Below, piece by piece: positions 51,769 through 64,000 of a stretch of DNA of 64,000 nt (positions within the stretch are counted from its first letter, which is position 1; every line of letters begins with the position of its first letter). The stretch lies in the NCBI RefSeq assembly GCF_009914755.1, contig NC_060930.1. The stretch is one strand, 5' to 3'. The notes below the pieces were generated by a model. It was not told the DNA's origin and searched no databases. It saw only the letters and a list, made by a program, of their open reading frames with translations. The translations under genes and the position numbers were made by a program. The DNA is from the human T2T-CHM13v2.0 reference genome, Homo sapiens.

Positions 51769-52091
<323 letters not shown>

Positions 52092-53866
52092 TTATGTACT
52101 GATTCTGAAAAAGCAACATAACCACCAAACACAATTTATTCCTTATGTTCCAAGTGTATTTGGTAGTTTTGTTCACCCTCATAACAGCCAAACCTGAGTT
52201 TAAGAACAGTAAGAATAGTGACTTGCAGAGATTTGTTCCAATTGTTACAACAAGAATGGATGTTAACTCATCTTTTCCAGATACAAGTCATCAAACCTGG
52301 ACAATGTTATCAATTAATTCCAAATGAGAGAACCGGCCTTTTGATACTGATGTTATATTAGAAAGGATGATTTTCCTATACTTTCATATAAATGCCATGG
52401 ATCTCTTACTTTTTGATGAATTAACCTTTGTGTAGCGACTACAGTTTGAAAGCACTACTACACATTCATAGATGCAGTTCCAGGCAGTTTGAGCCCACAA
52501 AGGCATTTATAACTTAAGCAGAAACCAAACAGAAGTAAATATTTTTAATAGAGTTAACAAATCTTCATAAAAACCAATCATTTAAAACTAAATGTTTTGA
52601 AGCTCTAAAGCCAGTCAGGCTCCGGGGAGGATGCAGATGATCCCCTCAGGCCACTGAGAAACTTTTAATCAGGGATCACAAGTATTAGAGAGGTATAGGG
52701 GAGGTTCAGGGGACCAACACAAGGTGAGAAGCAATTCCCTGGCAAGGCCTGAGAGGCAAGGGGTGGGAGCAGGCAGGGAGCCCTGGGAGAGCAGGAGGTG
52801 GCCGGCAGCCTTCAGACAGGAACTGCGGCCCTGAGTGGAGGCAAAGAACTCAGCAGCTGCTGCACCTCTTGAGTAGGGAACCTGGGGGTAGGAGAAGGAA
52901 ATGCATGGTCTGAATCCTCTCTCTCTTGCCCTCATCTCCTGCCAGTCCCTCCCACTAGCAGGACCAACCAGAAGTTTCCCTGGTTAAAAAGCCAGGCGAG
53001 AAGGGTGGAGAATACCCAGTGTGCACAGATCTCTGAAATGAGAACTACTACTGCTCTATTTTAGGAGAAACAAAATTCTTTCTGTGTGATTGTATACCTT
53101 GAGAGCCAAGAAGAAGAGTCCGAACAGCTAACAGTCCAGTAAAGTGGCCACATGGAAACAACCCATGAAAATCCATAGCTTCCGGGCCACTACTGTAATC
53201 AGAAAAGACACCAAGAAGAATATTCCATTCTCAGTAGCAACCTGGAAAGAAACTGAATTGTAACTGAGGAGTAGGACTTACATGAAGAAAACTACCACAC
53301 TATACCCTACTATTGAAACACAAGAAAATGCGAACGAAAGTAGAGAGAAGCCGTTTTCCTCAAAGACGTCATCTCAAATTTATTTTTACATTCCCATCAT
53401 GCTTGGCATGTAGAATGTGATCAGTACATATTTGTTGAATGACAAAATGAGGGGATAAATAAACTTTCCCTAAGATGTGTATGTAGACGTTTGAAAATAG
53501 AAGTCTGTCGCTGATGTTTCTGTCCACCAGGAGTCAGGCTTCAGCCAGGAAAGAGTGAGCCAGTGTCTGAGCTGTCTCTCACCAGGCCTTCCACCAGCTC
53601 CAGGTCACCAGGTTCAGGCCAAGACTGAGTTTCAGTATTTGTCGTTAACCTGGTAGATAAATAAACAGTTTTAAAGTAGAGCTTATGTATTTGTCTGATT
53701 GCAAAAGTAATACATGATCATTGCACATAGGTACAGGAGCAGATGCAAAAAAAAAAAAAAAAAGCAGATAAAAGATAGTAAAAATCAACTTTAACATTTA
53801 ATATTTTTTCTCAGTGATAACCACTGTAAACATTTTAGTGTATGTCCTTTGGGAATTTTTTCCAAT

Positions 53867-53868
<2 letters not shown>

Positions 53869-53906
<38 letters not shown>
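53869..53906. repeat. (GT)19 microsatellite
   Basis: Perfect dinucleotide run. Confidence 0.97.
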
Positions 53907-53909
<3 letters not shown>

Positions 53910-53956
53910 ACTACACCATCTGTTTATAGCTTGCTGTTTCTCACCCCCTCACATGA

Positions 53957-54583
<627 letters not shown>

Positions 54584-55259
54584 TGACCTTGGTCAAGGTT
54601 ATTTTCTTTTCCCTCATCTTTAAAATGGGTATCAAAATATTACTTAATCACAATGGAGATTACATGATTCAAATCTGGCATTGCTCAAAGTCATGTCCGG
54701 CACACAGTCCATACATGCTGGGTATTGCCATGACTCATTCTCCCCACCCCAGTTCAAGCATCGCTTTCCTCTCAAAGCCTGCGCTGAGCCCTCAGGCTAA
54801 GCTTCCCAGCCCAGCGCTGTGCAGCCCCAGGTGCTATTGCTCACCTGGGCTCTGAGCCATTGTGGTGTTCCAGGGCCTTAGGTGGTTATGGACCGGGCAC
54901 TGCTCTCTCCCTCTGGGCTCTCCCTGGACGCCAGCCTGCATCTCTTTCATTTTCTTCGCTCAGGGGACAGGCTGAACTTGGGGACTGCGGAGGCCTGCAG
55001 TCTTCCAAGCACACTTGCTGCTTCATTTTGGCTGGCAGCAGTAATTGCAAACATGTATTCCCTGCCTGCCATATGCTGGGCACCATGCAAAATGTTTTCC
55101 ATATGTGATCTCAATTTCCAAAAAGACTATATAAGCCGGTGCTGTTAGTACGTCTATTTTACATGGAGAAAAGGCGCACACAACTTAAGATGGCAAAGTG
55201 ACTTCCTGAGAGTCAGCAGGATGGAAACCCCCAGAGCCGGCCCTGCCCGGCCACCTTGC

Positions 55260-55431
55260 CAGTGGCTCCAGGTTCTTACATGCATCAGAATCACCTGGAG
55301 GACTCGCTAAAAATCCCAGAATTTCTAATTCAGTCCATCTTCAATGGGGCCTAAGAATTTGTGTTTCCAACTATAAGTTCTCAGGTGGTGCTAACGGGGC
55401 TGGTCCACACGGACCACACTTTGAGAACAAC
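55260..55431. mobile_element. MER5A-like hAT MITE
   Basis: cagtgg...catcagaatcacctggag...ggaccacactttgagaa. Confidence 0.75.
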
Positions 55432-56986
55432 TTCACCGTGCTATGTGACCTGCCATCAATAGCCTAGAAATAAGTTTTTGGTGGCAAACAGGCTCTTTTC
55501 AGACTCATCTCCTGCCTCTCTACCTGTAGCTGTCATTTATCTTTTCTTCCTTGCTCTAAACACATTCAGTGACTTATGAGGCCTTAAGGAGGTCCTGAGT
55601 CTCCATGCCACCTGGGCTTGCCTCCTTTGTCCCCCTCCCCTGTCATTCCTTCTGACACCAGCTGCTGCTTCTCTCCAGGTGTTTGTCATCCACACTTGAA
55701 ATTGCTGCATGGGTGGGGAACATGGCTGCTGTGTGGCTGTGTGGGCAGGGCAAGGCCCAGGGGGCCTGGCTGAGGGCCGACAGTGAGCAGGCAGAAATCC
55801 AGAGGAGAGGATGTCTTTTTCTGTCTCACAAAGGCACACGTGGGCTAGCTGGGCTCTGAGGAAAGAGAGAGGCTTTTGAGCAAGTCCGTTTATGCTTCTT
55901 GCCTATTTTGCTTTAGCTTGTGGCTTCCGGTGAAAACACGCCTTCTTACTCATTTGGCTCCTTACTGAGGAATAAAATATACGAATTCCACTCCGTAGCC
56001 TGCAAATTCTCTACCTGTCTCATCGCCTCCTCACTGTTGCAGGTAGTTGAGACAAGTACAGTGGAACAGAAAGTCTGTTGGGCCAAGAATAGACTTTCTG
56101 GTATGAGATTCCCCAAGTGTGGGGAATGGTGAATGTCAGAAGCTTGAGTAGCAAGTGCACACATGGGGCGGGTCTCTTGTCACTTGTACTGGTTGTGCTC
56201 TAGTCACAGTAGGCTCTGAGGAAGCCAGGGTCCATGTGGCCATCTGCTTGAGCAACCTGCAAAGTCCTGGGTGTGGTATTTCTTTACTCTGCATGAAGTT
56301 ACTCAACTGCCATCTGTATGACTAGCCAACTTTGAAGCAGAAACTATCTGAATTAGAATTCCATATTTCTTCCATTCTCTAATTTTTTTGAAATTCTGCC
56401 CCCATGATCTATAAAAAAAATGTGAAGTCTTCACCTAACCATCCACTTCATTAAGTCTCTCCTTCCTCTGCTCACATCACACTGCATAGGTTCTGTCTTT
56501 TTGGCTGTGGGTTATAAGCCTTCTGAGGGCAAGCATAGTCATAGTCATGTTCATTCCACAATGTTTGGCTCCTAGTAGCTTTTCAGCAAGTAATTGCTTA
56601 ACTGACTTTCCCCGCTACAGAAGACGATGCTTTTCAAGAATAGACAATTCCATGTCACAGATAGTGTAGGTGTGAACGTCCCCAGGCTCAGGGCAGTGGA
56701 TTAGTCATGAGCCGAGATCATTTTTCATGCTCTGGTTTGCACAGTGGAATGACTGGAGTAGCTTAGGATGTGGTATGAATTTCCTACTAGTGCACTAAAA
56801 ACAGGATTCACATCCCTTCTGCCTTATGATTGTTTATGCAATAACCTCATTGCAAATGTCGTGTTGCTGTACCTTCCCATGATGTTTTAATGAAGTAGAA
56901 TTTTAAAATATAATTAACGTGCTTAAGGTCATAAATCATAAAACAGATTTGGACAACTTCTGGATCATAGTATTTCAGCCTCTCTA

Positions 56987-57406
<420 letters not shown>

Positions 57407-58549
57407 CTAATGAGTCATTAAATACATATTTTACATCCTTCCAACAAGCTTCCATGTTGAGAAAACTGGCTTTTGAGACAAGGCCATTGTTCAATCTCTG
57501 GTAAGTCACTTCACTCATTCAGGCCTCGATTTTCTCAGCTTGGAAGTGGGTATAACAATGACTTCTAGGTTCACTTTTATTTTTTGGCAGGGCCACTTTT
57601 ACACTGGAAGTTTCTTATGAAAATCAAGTAAGATATGCAGATAAAAATATACTATCAACTGTCAAGTGCTATTTAAATTAAGGCACGATTATTTTGACTG
57701 TTTACATGGGAAAGCATTAAGAAATATTAGCGGTTTTCAGAAGCCAGATGCTATGGAAGTCAGAATTGTTTCATTAGCTCACATGATATTCAAATGGGCA
57801 TGGAATGAACTCCAGTGGGAAAGTGAGCAGTGTGCCCTGTGCCTTCCTCTCCCCCTGTCTCCTTTTCTTCCTCTTTGGAGAAACCTTGGCTCCTTCCTCC
57901 TTGGGAGAGAGCAGACCTGGATGGCCACAGATTTTGATGGACGTGCTGCCTTTTGTAAGCAGGAGTTGTCTTGGCCCCTTTGGTAGATTTAGAAGGGTCT
58001 GTTACTGCCTGTCTTCCCACTCCATCTGCCCATTCCAGTAACCAGAAACAGGCTTGATTGAGAAGCTAAATTTAGAGAACTCAGGATCATCAAAGAATAC
58101 TGCTGAACCCGGTGATGGTGCGGAAATCGTGAAATAGCAGAGGAGAGGAGCCCTCAGGACAGTTCATACCAGAAACCTCTTTTCTAGTTTCCTCTGACCT
58201 GTGGGTTGTCACCGTGACACAGAACTGGAAAGAGAACAGACGGGGTGTCACAACAGCGAGGCTTATGAAATCTTTGCAAAACTTTCCGCAAGTCAGGCTT
58301 GAACTAGGAGTACGAGCTGCCCTCCAGGTGGGTGACACATCTACGACCCCGCAGGACCACCAGCCCCACGCTTTCAGCCAGTGCTGCCCAGAGTGCGGTG
58401 CCCGGACCAGCAGCCAGCAACCTGAGCCCATGAGAAATGCAGAACGCGACGCCCAGGCTCGGCCAACTCAGCTGGAATTGCTAAGGAATCTGTGTGAACA
58501 AAAGCTCAAGAGATTTTTTTGTGCCTCCTTCATTTTAAGAAACAATATT

Positions 58550-58923
<374 letters not shown>

Positions 58924-60009
58924 TCAGATAATTTCAAAACAGCACATCACCTTCCCCAGGCTCTTCTCTTTCTCCTCAAGTGCCTCACTGGGACTCTCCT
59001 TCTCTTTTATCTGGAAGCAGAGGCCTTGCAAGGGCTGGCTGATCATCCCACAGTTCCAGCGTTTGCAGGGCAGCACTGGGCATTTTGAAGGGCAGGAAGG
59101 AGGAGGGGGTGGGCTGCTCTTGCACCTCCCCTGTGCCCACCTCCAGTCACCAGCCCAAAAGCTGCTCTCTAGAGAACAAGTCCAGTCCTCTCTCATCTCC
59201 CTGCTGTTCCTCAATTTCAAGTCTCTTTCATAAGGAAATGTCCAAAGCTCTCGAAGGCTGGATGTCTCTCCACTGAGAAGACTCTTACTCAATTCAGATG
59301 TCTATGAGGAAATCCCATCACACCTTTTGCTCTGGGCCCACCCATTCCTTCTGGATTTAGGGCCCTGGCGTAGGGAAGAGCCGCGTGGGACAGCCACACA
59401 TGGTAGAGCCCGCAAGGGCAGCTCCAGGGTTGTGCTCTGTCTGCAGGACCAAGGACACAAGGGAAGCCCCTTGGGGCAGCAAGTGGTCTTGGTGAATTGA
59501 GAAACTGAGGCCTCAGCACAGAAGGAAGGAAATGAGAGGAAGCTGGCCAGGTGTGACTCTGGGCTCAGTGGCCTGGAGGCTCAGCACCAGATCCCTTCCT
59601 GCAGCTTCCCAGGCCTTCGCTAGCTCCTTCCAGCCAGGAGTTTGAATGCTGGGTGGACCAAGACACCTGAAGTTTCCTACAGTGGCAAGGGTGGGAGAGA
59701 AGGGGGTGGCCCTCAGTGATGTAGTCCCTGGAAACTTAGGCAAGAACTGAGAATGAATGTGTCCTCGGCAGGACTGTGCAGCTGTTCTTCCCTCCCTGCT
59801 CCCCTCCCAGAACATGTGACAGGTGAAGTTCACAAGCAGCACATTCTTCACAGTTCCCAGGTCCCTGAAATCCCTTGAGACAGCCAACAGCAAGCAAGGT
59901 GGGGAGGGACGAAGTCCCAGAAATGACTTCACAAGAATGTACACAAACAACGAAGCCCCAATTTGAATCTCACAGGTTCAGCCCTGGCCTGATCTCACCC
60001 AAGGCAGAT

Positions 60010-60091
60010 CTCCTCCTCCTCCTCCTCCTCCTCCTCCTCTTCCTCCTCCTCCTCCTCCTCTTCCTCCTCCTCCTCCTTCTCCTCCTCCTCC
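60010..60091. repeat. Interrupted (CCT)n trinucleotide repeat
   Basis: Pure pyrimidine tract with CTT interruptions. Confidence 0.95.
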
Positions 60092-60739
60092 CCTGCTCCT
60101 ACTCCTCCCCTTCCTCCATGCTGCCCTGGGCAGGCTGTGAGAGGAGATGGGGAGAGAGCTGCTGTCACTTTAAAATCAGCCTCTGCTGTGACTTCAAGCT
60201 AATCCATCAAACTAACTTCAAATGAATTCCTCCTCTCCATTCAAATATGTTTAAGCTCACAGTTTCTTTTTCTTTGTCTTTTTTTTTTTGCATCAAGAAG
60301 ATACTTTTAAATAAATAGTTGCTAAAATACTTGTGAGGTAGTGATAACTTTGAAATAAATACTATTTTAAACAAAATTCACAGAAAGCCCCCTATTGATT
60401 GGAATCATTGCATGCAGTGAGTTGCAATATATTAAATAGATAGCTCCTGCTGCATGCCCGGTGATGTGGCCCCTCTCCTGGGCCGTGGATGGAGACACAT
60501 TTGCAGAGATCTGCTTGCTTGGCTACCGCAGGCATGGAGGATTCGCGTACGCATGACAGCAACCCCTTTCTCCGGGGACATTTACTCTTCCTCCAAGTGT
60601 GTGATGTGAGGGGAGCTGTGGACTCCTCAAGGCCCAGGCTGCCCCGCCCAGCACAGGGAGGAACACTCCCTCCAGGTGGCCTCCTCTCCTGCCCCTTCCT
60701 CAGGCCCTAGTCACTCCGTCCAAGGACAGGCTCTTGGTC

Positions 60740-61520
<781 letters not shown>

Positions 61521-62699
61521 TGGATTTTCTATTGAAAAAGGAAACTCAAAATGTATTTTGAAATGGAGGTAAGCAGAGTGTCTTTGTCTTCAAGAACTAT
61601 AAAAGTCTGGTGGGAACGTCCTTTTACTCTAGTTTTTGTTTGTTTGTTTGCTTCAATTTCAATCAGAAGCAGCCAGGCTTGGCAGCTGCTCCTCCCTTAC
61701 CTCTGTCCCTCTCCATCAGGCCCCATCCCCTGATACCACATCCCTCACTAAGGGGCAGAGGCTGTGGAGAGAGCATGGCTTTGCACTTAAGCCTGGTTTC
61801 CAGTCCTGGCTCATTGCAGCCACACCCTGAACCTCCATCCTTCATTCGTAAAACTGAGCAAATGACACCTACATGTAGGACCAGAGAGTTCAAAAATGAA
61901 TACAAAATGCATGGCACATAGAAGGTGTTTTGCTACAGATCTTGAAAGTCTCCTATATAATAACACTTTCTAGTCAAAGTAAAGATTTTTCTTTCTGATC
62001 CTGAGTATTTTTAGAAGTGGCCAGGATCATACTCCTGTGCTGGGGCCTGGACAGATGTGGTTTTTCTGTCCACCTGCAAAGTCAGGAGTGTCAAACACTC
62101 GTTCTGGGGCATTCGCTTCTGGAGGTCCTTTTTCCTGTGTTGTTAGAACATACATAAGTAAATGGAGCTGGGTGACGGTCTGCGTTCGAGCCCTAAGACT
62201 AGACCACTTGCAGATAATCAACACCATGTCACATAGCATCACAGCACTGGAAAGGAACTTCTGAGTCACTTAATCCAATTTCCACAGTAACCACGTGTCA
62301 TCCACTGACAATGTGACCGAAACACCATGGTGGGAACAGGAAAGATCAAAAGCAAAGATAGTTTGGCAGATAATGTGTCTGATCATAACTTTTTCCATTA
62401 ATATAGCTAGTAAACACCAATCCCTAATCTAATCAGCTCGATAATACCACTGCCTGCAAATAAAAAATGGCACATTATTTTTAGCACAGTGACCATAGGT
62501 TACAGATATGGAGAATTTAACTGGAAACCTGACTGCCTTCACTAAGTACGTGAGTAACAGACCAAGGTAGCTCCTCCGCTGACCCTATGCCTTCCCGTGA
62601 TATTCCATTTAGTTCCCTCGGAGTTTCTGTGGATGGTCCAGGCTCACTGGAGAAAGGTCTAGAAGGGGTTTGTGAAGCAGTGTCACTGGGCACTGTTTA

Positions 62700-63142
62700 T
62701 GAACGTGTCTGAGCCTGGTGAGATAGAACACAGTCAAATTCAACAAACACCATGAAGTGGATTTCTTACTCACAGATGAACGGCAAGGGACTGCAGAAGC
62801 CATGGCTCCATTGCAAGCCGGTCCCCAAGGCTCAGGAAAGCTGCCCGGGGCGGGTGGAGTCTCATCTGTGTGTACCCTACTTGCACCACAGTTGAGGGAC
62901 CCCCAGAAAGCAGCCTGCCCTGGGTTTTATACCCTGGGGTCACAGGACACACTGGGCTGCAGTGTTGAAGGACGTCCTGTTTCTAGGGGAGACTGGGACA
63001 GAGCCCAGGCAGGCCCAGTCAGTCCCTCCCTATCTCGGGATGCAGCATTCCAGCATATTCTATGATTATTCTTGACAGCTATGAGTGAGAAGTGGGGCAG
63101 AACTGGGTTAGTCCACGGTCACCTGGAGAGCTGTCCTGCAGT
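62700..63142 (-). mobile_element. ERVL LTR (MER54/MER74-like)
   Basis: ctgggttttataccctgggg TATA region and gcattccagcatattcta..ttattcttga, recalled from this LTR group. Confidence 0.55.
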
Positions 63143-63631
63143 CCACCTCCCAACCCAGGTAGCCCCTTCCACAAAGCCAGTCCATTGCCTCTGCCCTCCG
63201 ACCTCTCCAGATCTGGAGACGGAGGCGTGTCTTGTCAGGTTGATGTAACACCTTGACGGACACAGGCTCAGTGCAATGTCATTGAGCCATAGCCAGGTTA
63301 CACTTCACCAGGCCCGGGGGACCACAACCACAGCAGGATGGCCAGGCCTGCTGGGAGCAGCAGTCTGGCCCAGGATCCCAGTGATCCAGGTAACGAAGTT
63401 GGAGAAGAGTCCTTAGGTGGCCCCACTGTGACCCAGTGGGTCTGCCTCCAGATCTCCTCTCCTTGTGTCTCTGCAATCCCTGACATGCACACTCTTCTTG
63501 GTCAGGGAAGACAGTCTTGAACAATCCTGTCATCTGAAGCAGCCTTCCAGAAGGAGCCAAGGGCTGGCGGCTGGCTGCCCAGGCAGAGGCGGTGGAGGCA
63601 GTGATACCTGCCATGCTCAGGGACAGGTGTC

Positions 63632-64000
63632 TTTTTTTTTTCTTTTTTTTTTTTAATTTTTTTTTTTAAATTTTTTTTTTTTATTATACTCTAAGTTTTA
63701 GGGTACATGTGCACATTGTGCAGGTTAGTTACATATGTATACATGTGCCATGCTGGTGCGCTGCACCCACTAACGTGTCATCTAGCATTAGGTATATCTC
63801 CCAATGCTATCCCTCCCCCCTCCCCCAACCCCACCACAGTCCCCAGAGTGTGATATTCCCCTTCCTGTGTCCATGTGATCTCATTGTTCAATTCCCACCT
63901 ATGAGTGAGAATATGCGGTGTTTGGTTTTTTGTTCTTGCGATAGTTTACTGAGAATGATGGTTTCCAATTTCATCCATGTCCCTACAAAGGACATGAACT
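63632..64000 (-). mobile_element. L1HS (pre-Ta) 3' end, continuing beyond the window
   Basis: On the - strand GCTAGATGACACGTTA (ACG at 63774-63776) and ACTTAGAGTATAAT; long patterned A tail. Confidence 0.93.

Noticed and set aside
59875-60225. Poly-Leu ORF resembling a transmembrane or signal peptide
   Set aside because: Simply the translation of the (CCT)n repeat, with a non-ATG start

Overview
This is human (primate) genomic DNA, which I recognise from the encoded proteins as the MYLK4/WRNIP1 region (6p25.2 from recall). The left part holds the 5' end of MYLK4 on the - strand: a non-coding exon 1 at about 12592-12780, the first coding exon at 10992-11262, and a probable alternative first coding exon at 5758-5898 encoding a hydrophobic N-terminus. 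The middle holds the complete 7-exon WRNIP1 gene on the + strand (CDS 27485-47444, 1998 nt = 665 aa; UBZ zinc finger plus MgsA/RarA-type AAA+ ATPase), starting in a CpG island. The rest is intron or intergenic sequence full of Alu, L1, L2, MIR, DNA-transposon and LTR relics. These include young elements (AluYa5 in WRNIP1 intron 3, a mosaic AluYb8, a pre-Ta L1HS at the right edge) and an LTR12 solo LTR pointing towards MYLK4. I see no evidence for a wholly new multi-gene system. The best leads are: the candidate membrane-anchored MYLK4 isoform, the LTR12 promoter, a triplicated ZNF143/THAP11-type cassette plus uORF at the WRNIP1 promoter, cryptic splice signals in WRNIP1, a nested inverted-repeat hairpin, and Alu gene conversion in a tight inverted Alu pair. 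Repeat subfamily names and boundaries were assigned by eye and are approximate.
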